Virus record (IMG/VR): IMGVR_UViG_3300042197_004553
Coordinates: 1 to 64,000 of that record
Strand: one strand, 5' to 3'
From: a virus
Length of the DNA: 64,000 nucleotides
Position 1 is the first letter of the stretch. Each line of letters opens with the position of its first letter. This document shows positions 39,511-48,038 of the stretch, one piece after another. Below the pieces are notes generated by a model. It had not been told where the DNA came from, ran no database searches, and worked only from the letters and a program-made list of their open reading frames with translations. A program made the translations under genes and the position numbers.

Positions 39511-41283
39511 TTATATCATGAATGTTTCGGGGGCTAAAAATTCTGGCTCGTTGGGCGTCGGAGCGGCCGGCGGTGTGGGTACGCCGGGCGCCGTTTGCCC
39601 AACAACCAACGGACCGCCGTACCACGCGACAGACGGCTTATACAGCGGCGGGTGTGTTTTCGTGAATTCGTCGGTGTTTTGATTCTCCGTCTGGCTGCGG
39701 ATGTTTGCGAGCGTGAACGACGTGCCGGCGACATGTTGCTCACTGTTTATAATGTACGATACCTGCGTGACCGACGCGTACATGGTCATTTTTTCTTGCT
39801 CAATAGCACTGTCTGGCGGCACAATTTTTACAACGCTTCCCGGAGCGATATCGAGCCGGAACTTGCCCGACAGTTCGCCGTACCGTTGGCCCAAAATAGC
39901 CGATTTGTACCAGTGCTCGGCAAAACGGTTGAGCACGTTGCTGCCTTTGATATTTTGTTCTGTGTCGGGCGCACGCAACGGGCCTTCTTGACTGGCGGAG
40001 TCACCTGCCTGCGGCGCTGCGGTCGAGCCGGCGGGCGGCGCAAGCGTTGTGCCCTTTACCCAGAGCGACGCGTACGCCGAATTTGCCAGCCAGATCGGCG
40101 GTTCGCGCACAAGGATGTTGCCGCGAAAGTTTGTGTTTTTTTCTGGGTATTTTCCCCACGGATCACAGTAGTTGATCGCCGACGGCGTGGAACCGCCCAT
40201 GTACAGCCCCGAACTCGACGGCGGCGAATAAAAGATGTTTACCGATTCCAGCAAATGCGCGACGTTTGAGTTAAAATTTGCGTAGTTGTATTCTTCGCCG
40301 TGGATTGTGGTGTAGGGCGTCTGCAACCCAGGAAAAAACGGCACGACGTTGGCAAACTCCACGCCCGGCGATATGGCGAAAAGAAACGACGGGCCGATTT
40401 CGCCGACCAGTTTGCCCCAAAACGTATTGTACCCCATGCCTTCAGTGATCAGACGCGTGAGCCCGTCGTGCGCGGACACCGTGGCGAGCACTTCGTCGAC
40501 GCCTTCCAGATCGAGGCCGAGTGTGCCGGGAATAGGTGCGACGCCCGGCATGCGTTCAAACGCTTTAAGCGCCGCACCGTTGTTTCCGTTTTCGTCTTTG
40601 GCTTTTTCTTCTTCTAAAATTTGATCGTCGTCGCATTGCGTGTTGGGATGTTGAAACCGGGCCACGCGCGTGAAGATTTCTTTAATGACTTTGCCCCACA
40701 AGTCGTCTTCCATGTTTTCTTTAGAAACAATGGGATTTTTTTCTGCCGTGTCGTCGATCATGGGCGCCACGGCGGTGTAGACCCCGCTGCCGCCGGTCAT
40801 CTGGTTCAACGCGTGCCACGAAGCGCACTGCGCCAAATCATGCGGGGCGCCGGGCGCCCAATTGCCGTTGAGCATAGACGAGCAGTTCAGGTCGTCTAGC
40901 CAATGAATCAGGTGAATGGTGTAGGCCGCGTTGTTGTGCGCGCGCTGGTAACCGACGCCAGCATAGTAACCGCGGAAAATAACGTAGGTGCCGTCGCGCA
41001 TGCCGTTGATGATCGGCGCGTCTCGGTGGCCTTGCGTTGATTTAATAGTCAGCGTCACCTCCGCTTCTGCCCGCGGCGTTAACTTGTCCATGTATTTGTG
41101 AATCGTGGCCGGTTCGCCGGTTCGCACCTCCCGCCCCGCCGCCAACGTGAGCGTCGCTGTCGGGATCATGTTCATGCCAAATGTCGCCGAAATCGCCACG
41201 ACGTCGTCGAATACGACACCGTTGATCGTGGCGCGCAGCGTAAACTCAGTACGCACAAACGGTTCTGTCAGGCTGTTTGCCAT
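39511..41283 (-). CDS. Baseplate hub-like protein (putative)
   Basis: Position after the tape measure; C-terminal G.LSGKFRLDIAPGSVV...YASVTQVSY.I. Confidence 0.55.
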   Translation of the reverse strand: MANSLTEPFVRTEFTLRATINGVVFDDVVAISATFGMNMIPTATLTLAAGREVRTGEPATIHKYMDKLTPRAEAEVTLTIKSTQGHRDAPIINGMRDGTYVIFRGYYAGVGYQRAHNNAAYTIHLIHWLDDLNCSSMLNGNWAPGAPHDLAQCASWHALNQMTGGSGVYTAVAPMIDDTAEKNPIVSKENMEDDLWGKVIKEIFTRVARFQHPNTQCDDDQILEEEKAKDENGNNGAALKAFERMPGVAPIPGTLGLDLEGVDEVLATVSAHDGLTRLITEGMGYNTFWGKLVGEIGPSFLFAISPGVEFANVVPFFPGLQTPYTTIHGEEYNYANFNSNVAHLLESVNIFYSPPSSSGLYMGGSTPSAINYCDPWGKYPEKNTNFRGNILVREPPIWLANSAYASLWVKGTTLAPPAGSTAAPQAGDSASQEGPLRAPDTEQNIKGSNVLNRFAEHWYKSAILGQRYGELSGKFRLDIAPGSVVKIVPPDSAIEQEKMTMYASVTQVSYIINSEQHVAGTSFTLANIRSQTENQNTDEFTKTHPPLYKPSVAWYGGPLVVGQTAPGVPTPPAAPTPNEPEFLAPETFMI

Positions 41284-41285
41284 GG

Positions 41286-42251
41286 TTACTTTCGCAGTTC
41301 TTCTGTGCGGTAAATCAGGGCCAGCACCAAACCAGACAAACGATACGCCGGCAGGGGATGATCGAACCAGAGATTTTTAAACGTGCTGTACGGCTCGGCC
41401 GGGGCCGAACCAAAGAGTTCGAGAAAAATCGGCTCACCCAGCATCTCTAGCGACGGAAACGCTGTGGTGATAATCGGCGCCGGGTTGGCTTTTGTTTCGA
41501 CCAGCCACTGCGCTTGGAGTTCTTGGCCTTCCGTGCTGGGCATCCGCATCCCCATGGCCGACGAAAAAAATGAGACGCCAGCGGGCTCCAACAGCAACTG
41601 GCCGCCTGTTTCCGGCGCATAGGACTCGACCACTAAAATACCGTTTTCTTCTGTCAAAATCCGGCTGTAGACCGCCTGTGCTCCGGCGACGTTGACTCGC
41701 AGATTTAACCCGGTTTGCGCCAACGAAAGAACCGGCGGCGCGGCGGCGTCCGTAATTTGGGCGGTTTGAAATCCGGCGCCGCTGCGTTGCCCCAAATGCT
41801 GGACGTCGATGTGCAGCGCGTCTTCCGCCGTGTCAAGCCGTAAGCGGGCAAGATAGGTGTGGGTTGCCCGCCCGATCTCCGGCTGGGCAAACAGGTCTCC
41901 GGCAATCGTGAGTCGTTTGGGTGCGCCGTACGTCTGCGTGATTGAAACGCGCTTGCCGGACGATTCAAAAAATGGTGTCGATGTTTCCGGCCAATAGGTG
42001 ACCCGCGAGTCAAATCGGTAGGCAAACTCGGCCAACTCCGTTTGATGGATATACGCGAGCAGTTCGCGCGCGCGATAGTTTAAAAAGTAATTGTCGGGCG
42101 CCGCACCAAACAGGATGTTGCGCACCGTGAGCAACGCGGGCGGTAGTTTAACCGGATGAAATGCGGCAGGAATGTGTGCGTAACCCGTGTCCGTCGGGTG
42201 CATCCGGCTCCGCGGGTGATTGAGCAGAAGTGTGCGCGCGTGATTAATCAT
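41286..42251 (-). CDS. Hypothetical structural protein
   Basis: ORF in the tail cluster; start taken at MINHAR. Confidence 0.6.
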   Translation of the reverse strand: MINHARTLLLNHPRSRMHPTDTGYAHIPAAFHPVKLPPALLTVRNILFGAAPDNYFLNYRARELLAYIHQTELAEFAYRFDSRVTYWPETSTPFFESSGKRVSITQTYGAPKRLTIAGDLFAQPEIGRATHTYLARLRLDTAEDALHIDVQHLGQRSGAGFQTAQITDAAAPPVLSLAQTGLNLRVNVAGAQAVYSRILTEENGILVVESYAPETGGQLLLEPAGVSFFSSAMGMRMPSTEGQELQAQWLVETKANPAPIITTAFPSLEMLGEPIFLELFGSAPAEPYSTFKNLWFDHPLPAYRLSGLVLALIYRTEELRK

Positions 42252-42273
42252 GTCGGCGACCCATGCGAAGTTA

Positions 42274-42837
42274 TCATGCGGTGGTGGTTGGGTTGTAATT
42301 CGGTATGACACCGCCCGTGGACCTAAATTCGGGTGCGCCAAAGTCTACTGGCGGTTTTTGTTTTTGGGGCAGCACGTCAAAACGCATGGTCCAGTGCCCA
42401 ATCGGGCCCATTTGATTGTCTGCCGCTTCCATACGAATCCCGACTAAAAACCCATAGAACGTAATTTCTTTGTCCGGTGTGGCCAGCGTAATGGTCACGG
42501 CGCGTCCGCCGCGCTGGGCGGCGCGGTTCGCCATGTAATAGTTGTATGGCTCGATAAACCGGGCGCCACGCTTCTCAACCTCAAGGCAGTTTTTAATAAA
42601 ACTAACACCACTGACGCGCAGCGTGCCGACGCGGTCGCCGAATGCGTAAAAATACACAAAATCGTTCACGGTGTGCAGGAATTGATAATTACCGACCATC
42701 TCCAGCGCGACGCCCGTTACGATAAACGACTGCGTGAGCGTCTCCGTGTCGATTGTAATCGTCAAGAAATCGCCCTCGGAACAGCCGGGACGTGTTACCT
42801 GTACCGCACCTGTGCATGGCGTAAAGACTTGTTTCAT
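42274..42837 (-). CDS. Tail tube initiator-like protein (putative)
   Basis: Immediately after the tape measure; YFYAFGDR...L.VSG. Confidence 0.5.
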   Translation of the reverse strand: MKQVFTPCTGAVQVTRPGCSEGDFLTITIDTETLTQSFIVTGVALEMVGNYQFLHTVNDFVYFYAFGDRVGTLRVSGVSFIKNCLEVEKRGARFIEPYNYYMANRAAQRGGRAVTITLATPDKEITFYGFLVGIRMEAADNQMGPIGHWTMRFDVLPQKQKPPVDFGAPEFRSTGGVIPNYNPTTTA

Positions 42838-42849
42838 AGTGTGTCCTTC

Positions 42850-45800
42850 TTATACTCGCACGCCGGGGCGTAGTGGGCGATCTTTGACCACGGGCGCCCC
42901 TCCGGCTTCGGTGGTCAAAGCGCGGTCGCTGGTGGCTTCAAGCATGACGCTCTCCAGGCCGTCCAGCGTCAGTCGGCCGCTGATCTGCAAAGGTTCATTG
43001 CTGCCGCCACCCTTGGCGCCGGTGTCAGCGCCTGCGGTTTGAATTGCGGCGCTGGCGGCCTGGGCCTGCTGCACGCGACCCGCCGTGCCACCACCCCACG
43101 CTTGCGGGTCGGCGAGTTTACTAAGAAACCCGAGTATTCCGCCAGTTTCTTTCGTATCAGCCGGTGCTGCAGCGGTGTCTGGAGAATTGCCACGCACGCT
43201 GTTTGGCGCGAGAGAAGGCGCGGCAGCCTGTTGTGCCGCCGCGGCGGACGACGCGCCCCACGTCGGTGCCTGCGCGGCGGCGCCGGGTTGTAACTGCGGG
43301 TCTAAAAATTGCTCGAACCTGGCTTTGCCCAACTGCGAAGTCTGCGCGTGATGGAGCGCAACCAGCATGTGGGCTTGGAATTGTTTCCGGTACTCCGGCG
43401 TGCCGCGCGTTAGTTGGCCGCTGGCGAGCGATTTTTCGCCGGCGGTAAACGCCGCCTCGGACATCCCCAATTCTTTGAGCAGGTTTTTGCGCCCTTCCGG
43501 CGAGGCGTCCATGACTGCGGCGGTCAGCGCTTCGGCTTTTTTGCCCTTTACGTCGAAGAGCCGCATGGCTGCAGCGGTGCCGGCACTGACGGCGCCCTTG
43601 TCATCTCCGCGAAAGTAGGCTTTATGTATTTTTCCAAGGTCTTCAAGCGTGCCGGCTTGTCCCTCTTTCGCGGTGCCGACGGCGCCCATCGCGGCTGCGC
43701 GCAACTGATCAAACGACTTTTCTTTTGCTTCTAACAACCCGATGTCGGTCGCATGCTGGTATCCAGCGTGAGCGCCTAATTCGGCGATTTGCTGTGCGCG
43801 GGAAAGGTGGTCACCGCCGCCGATGTGCTGCGCATACGCGGCTTTGATGTCGGCGTCCGACATGCCCTGCAGTTTTTTATTCCGGCGTTTCGCCATGTCG
43901 TCGCGACTGACGATTTTGACGTCTTTATCGAATTTGGCGTATTTGCGCAGGTCGGCTTCGCTGGCTTTGTCGATATCTTCCCGGGTAATCGAGGCGTCGC
44001 GGGTCATCTGCGTCAGGGCGTCAAAACCTCCGCCCATTTCTTTGGCGTACCGCTGAAGCATTTCTTTATCCGAAATGACCGGCGCCATGGCTTTCAAGAA
44101 CTCGTTGAAATTAAACTTTTCACCCCTGGTCGCAATGTCCACGAGATAATCCGAGATACGCCCCAGCGGAGTGCCCTCCAAACCGGCACCCGCCACGCGA
44201 CGCCGTTCGGCGACCGCGGCCGACCGGGCGGCTTCAGCCGCACCCGCGGCGTCCCGACCTCGACCGTGGCTCTGCGCAAACGTCGACAGCGTCTCGCCTC
44301 CGGTGCGCATGCCGTGCACCGCACCGGCCTGGGCAATCATTTGATTGAACGTGGAGCGGTTGTTCATGGCTTTCGCCGCGGCTTTCGCGTCCGCCTCGCT
44401 TCCCAGACCTTTTTCGGCGTACAACGTAACCATCTCGGCTTCAATTTGTTTCTGCATGTAATCGACTTGGTCGTCTAAATTCATGCCCGCCGAGTCGAGA
44501 ATCATTTCTGTGACTCGCTGCCCGACGGCGCGCGACGTCGCGGCTTTGGGCGTCAACCCGGCGCCGCGCAGTGACTTCGCGACAGCGCTACTCGTGGTCA
44601 TTGCGTTGATGTCCCGCGCCGCTTCGTACTTTTGCGTCAAAAATCCGAACCCTGCCTGCATTTTTTCTTTCGTACGCGGGTCTAACATCATCGTGCCCAG
44701 TTCGTCAGACCGGCCGCCGGCACTGGCTAAAATCTGTTCTGCCGCGCCCACGCCGCCGGCACCGATCACCTGTCGAATATTGCGCGTGACTTGTTTCCCG
44801 CTAGCGTCGGTAAACGTGTACGTGCCGTCGCCAGTCGGGTTTCGATAGGCTTCAACAGCTTTGACAAGTTCGCTGTTTGCGCCAAACCGTTTGGGATCAG
44901 CATCGACGATGCGCGTGAGCGCGGCCATGCTCAGCGCGTTGCGTGATGCGTCACCGCGTTGCATGAGTTCACCGACGCGCTGCATGGCCGCCGGTTTGTC
45001 CAGCGTGCCAAACACGTTTCCAGAGAATGCGCCGGTGTTTTGCATAGTCTGGACCATGGCCAGCGTTCCGGCGACGTTGCTCATCGTGGTTTGGGGCGAC
45101 AGGCCGAGTTGCTGGCCGCGTGCGCCCATCGTGGCCGACAGCGTCGCCAGTTGTTCTAAGCCAACGCCGCTTTCTTTCGCTAACGTCTGCATCTGCCGCA
45201 ACGTTGTTTCGACGTGTGCCGGTTTCATCGACCCCATAGCGCCCTGTGTCAACTGATCGAGAACAGCGAGTAACGCCGGCATAGGCGCGTTAGGATTGCC
45301 GTTGTCTCCAAAAATCTCGCGAACCGCAGCCACGGCTCCGGTGTATTGTTTAATTGCCGACGCGCTGCGTTTGGCGTCGACGTTTGTGGCCAGCAGGTCA
45401 AAGCCGCCGAGTTGCTCTAACTCACTTGCAGCCTTGGCCCCTGTCGCGCCGGTCGCCGTCTTGTCAATTTCTTTGAACGTGTCTTCCAACGTGGTTCGCG
45501 CATCGCCCCGTCGTGCACGCAAGAACTCGGTTCGCTGTTCGTCTGTGGTAAGTGCTTTATAGTCTGCCGCTTCCTTGTCGCTCCGTTTGGCGAAATCGGC
45601 TTTTAGATACTCATCCGCCAGCCGATTCATCGTCTCGTCGTCACGGGTCGCCGCAGACATCGCCTTGACGCGCTCTGCCGGAGACATAGCCCCAAGGCTT
45701 TGTGGGAGCAGCCCACGCTGAAACATGGTTTCGCCCAGTTGGCCGACTTGGCTGGCCATCAGCCCGTGCATCTCGTGCACCGGGCGCTGTTTAGCCCGCG

Positions 45801-46647
45801 TCTCCAGTTGGCCAATGGTGGCTTCGTGGTCTTTCAACACGCCCGATGCGGCGACGGCTCGATCAAACTTGGTCAGTTCCTGCGCCTGGGCGGCGGCGGT
45901 GGTGGCGGTACCTCCCTGCACATACTTGTTATAAAGGTCGCCCAGTTTTTCCGTATCCATGCCGCGCAATCGGGCGGCCACGTCGGCGTCGGTCACCATA
46001 TGTTTGTTTTGCATGCCGGCTGCGGCCAGCAGGCGGTCACCGCCGCCGGGAGCGCCGCTGCGCGCGCCCACCACCATGTCGGCGACATTGCCGTGCGGTG
46101 CGTACAGTTCTGAAAACATCGCCGCAGAAAAGCCCGACAGCGCGGCGGCGTCCATCCGACCACCGCCAGTCGGATTCGGGCGATAGTAGCCGACTCTATT
46201 GACGACATTACCCAGCGCCGTAGCGTCCCCGCGTGAGCCGTACAGCATGGCTTCCAGATTTTCCGGACCCACAGCCGAGCCCAGCGCGGCTTTCATAAAA
46301 GGATTGTTAATAATGCCGGCCATGTTGGCCGCCTGCTCTCGGTTGAGCGCGCTCGGTGCAGTCGGCGTGATCGCGCTGCGCAAGCCCAGCAGGAGGTTGG
46401 TCACGTCCGGCTGCTGAATACTTGACAGGTTCCGCGTGGCTTGCAGGGTTTGATTCTGATACGCCCGCAGCGCAAACTGGTCCATCGCGTTCTGGGTGGG
46501 CATCATGTGGGGCATAAAATTGCCCGGCCCGGCGAACGCCCCCAGCAACGGCCCGGCGGCCATGGTGATTAAATGCGACAGTTCGGCGTTATTGTTGAAC
46601 GCCATTTGGCCCGGCGAGTAAAAACCGGGATACATCCATTGCGACAT
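42850..46647 (-). CDS. Tape measure protein
   Basis: 1265 aa, Ala/Gly/Met-rich and helical, downstream of the chaperone pair. Confidence 0.75.
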   Translation of the reverse strand: MSQWMYPGFYSPGQMAFNNNAELSHLITMAAGPLLGAFAGPGNFMPHMMPTQNAMDQFALRAYQNQTLQATRNLSSIQQPDVTNLLLGLRSAITPTAPSALNREQAANMAGIINNPFMKAALGSAVGPENLEAMLYGSRGDATALGNVVNRVGYYRPNPTGGGRMDAAALSGFSAAMFSELYAPHGNVADMVVGARSGAPGGGDRLLAAAGMQNKHMVTDADVAARLRGMDTEKLGDLYNKYVQGGTATTAAAQAQELTKFDRAVAASGVLKDHEATIGQLETRAKQRPVHEMHGLMASQVGQLGETMFQRGLLPQSLGAMSPAERVKAMSAATRDDETMNRLADEYLKADFAKRSDKEAADYKALTTDEQRTEFLRARRGDARTTLEDTFKEIDKTATGATGAKAASELEQLGGFDLLATNVDAKRSASAIKQYTGAVAAVREIFGDNGNPNAPMPALLAVLDQLTQGAMGSMKPAHVETTLRQMQTLAKESGVGLEQLATLSATMGARGQQLGLSPQTTMSNVAGTLAMVQTMQNTGAFSGNVFGTLDKPAAMQRVGELMQRGDASRNALSMAALTRIVDADPKRFGANSELVKAVEAYRNPTGDGTYTFTDASGKQVTRNIRQVIGAGGVGAAEQILASAGGRSDELGTMMLDPRTKEKMQAGFGFLTQKYEAARDINAMTTSSAVAKSLRGAGLTPKAATSRAVGQRVTEMILDSAGMNLDDQVDYMQKQIEAEMVTLYAEKGLGSEADAKAAAKAMNNRSTFNQMIAQAGAVHGMRTGGETLSTFAQSHGRGRDAAGAAEAARSAAVAERRRVAGAGLEGTPLGRISDYLVDIATRGEKFNFNEFLKAMAPVISDKEMLQRYAKEMGGGFDALTQMTRDASITREDIDKASEADLRKYAKFDKDVKIVSRDDMAKRRNKKLQGMSDADIKAAYAQHIGGGDHLSRAQQIAELGAHAGYQHATDIGLLEAKEKSFDQLRAAAMGAVGTAKEGQAGTLEDLGKIHKAYFRGDDKGAVSAGTAAAMRLFDVKGKKAEALTAAVMDASPEGRKNLLKELGMSEAAFTAGEKSLASGQLTRGTPEYRKQFQAHMLVALHHAQTSQLGKARFEQFLDPQLQPGAAAQAPTWGASSAAAAQQAAAPSLAPNSVRGNSPDTAAAPADTKETGGILGFLSKLADPQAWGGGTAGRVQQAQAASAAIQTAGADTGAKGGGSNEPLQISGRLTLDGLESVMLEATSDRALTTEAGGAPVVKDRPLRPGVRV

Positions 46648-46648
46648 G

Positions 46649-47056
46649 TTATTCCCCGGCGTTTCGACCCCCGCGCCATACCTTAAATCTTTCGATCAGG
46701 TTTTGTGTTTCTGCGTCTATTTTACTGTTTTCAACTCCTGATGCCTGCTTTTCTGTTTCCGCGGGCTGTGCTTCAAGCCACGGAAACAATTCTGTTTGCA
46801 GGGCCGTAAGCGTCTCTCCCGCTGTTTTCTTGACTCCGGCAAAACTTTCTTCCGTTAAACCGCCGTGGGATAAATACGCGCACCAGTGGCGATGCACGCT
46901 TTCCAGCATTTTTTGGTCTTCTTGCCGTCGTACTTCGTCCAATAACAAGCGGTGTTTAATTCGCCATTTTACGTCCGTGGGATCGGCTCGGGAGTAATCG
47001 ATCGCTCCCGAGACAGCAGCCCGCACCATGTAGGCCGCTACGCGATCCCGTTCCAA
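46649..47056 (-). CDS. Tail assembly chaperone, C-terminal (GT-like) frame
   Basis: -1 frame overlapping the upstream gene end at GTTTTTG; no SD. Confidence 0.55.
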   Translation of the reverse strand: MERDRVAAYMVRAAVSGAIDYSRADPTDVKWRIKHRLLLDEVRRQEDQKMLESVHRHWCAYLSHGGLTEESFAGVKKTAGETLTALQTELFPWLEAQPAETEKQASGVENSKIDAETQNLIERFKVWRGGRNAGE

Positions 47057-48027
47057 AAACTTGGTTCAAGCGCCATGGCTTCAAGGGCTTCCACAAGGCG
47101 CTGAAATTGTCGGAGGTGCGTTCCGACCAGCCGCCGTGTGACCTCTTGTGCCACTGTTTTGTTCAACAGGTCTAATTGCTTGGGCAGCGCCGTCGCGAGC
47201 GGCTGGTCTGGGTCGTTAACGAACTGCAGCGAATCCAGCGGCGGAATAACGGCCACAATTTTACCGTCCGCTTGCGCAATCGACTCTAGCGAGCACGCAA
47301 GCCGATAATCCATCATCTGCACAAACCATTCGGCTTCGGTCGCCACGCGCTTCTCTTCTTGGTCCAGCACGAGTTGTCGATAAATCAGTTTGCTCTCCTC
47401 GGCCAAAAGGCTGCGGAAAGTCACACTGATTTTGCCGCCAAAAATTTCGTACTTTTTTGAAAACCGTTGGCCGCCCAGTAATGTTGCCAAAAAGTCTTCT
47501 TTATCCTTGTCCGTCGGAACGATTTCAAACTGCTGCCGCATGTCCCAGCCGCAGCGCGGGCAAAATGGCAGCACCCCTGGCGCCGCGGATTCGGCTGGCG
47601 TGGTTGTGGTGTCCGCGACGGGCTCAGGCTCGGGCTTGGCGGCAGGCGTTTCTTCCGCGGGCGCAGCCGGTTCGGCACGGTCGTCGATGATCTCCGGCTC
47701 GGACGCCTGCGCCGTCAACTGGCGATACAGCGCCGCCACGCTGGGGTCCATGTTTTGCGTTTGCGCGTTCATGTCGTCAGCGGCTTTTTTCTTCTTGCCA
47801 AACGCCACCGCCGCTCGCAGGTGCTCGACGATCTGCTCGGCCTGTTCCGGCGCCATCACGTCTCGGTCAATCAAGACATCCGTACGCTTCGACGCGGGCA
47901 ACGTCTCTTTCATTTGCAGCATCATCTGTCCGAGATCGGCCGGAATAGGCTCGCCGGGTTGCCAGCCGAATTGCTCCAACGTTTTCTTGGTGAAGTCTGA
48001 CAGGTGGACATTTTCGACCAATTCCAT
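47038..48027 (-). CDS. Tail assembly chaperone (G-like)
   Basis: Position before the tape measure; CPRCG motif; ends EPSFWNGIA. Confidence 0.6.
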   Translation of the reverse strand: MELVENVHLSDFTKKTLEQFGWQPGEPIPADLGQMMLQMKETLPASKRTDVLIDRDVMAPEQAEQIVEHLRAAVAFGKKKKAADDMNAQTQNMDPSVAALYRQLTAQASEPEIIDDRAEPAAPAEETPAAKPEPEPVADTTTTPAESAAPGVLPFCPRCGWDMRQQFEIVPTDKDKEDFLATLLGGQRFSKKYEIFGGKISVTFRSLLAEESKLIYRQLVLDQEEKRVATEAEWFVQMMDYRLACSLESIAQADGKIVAVIPPLDSLQFVNDPDQPLATALPKQLDLLNKTVAQEVTRRLVGTHLRQFQRLVEALEAMALEPSFWNGIA

Positions 48028-48038
48028 TCGGTCACCTC

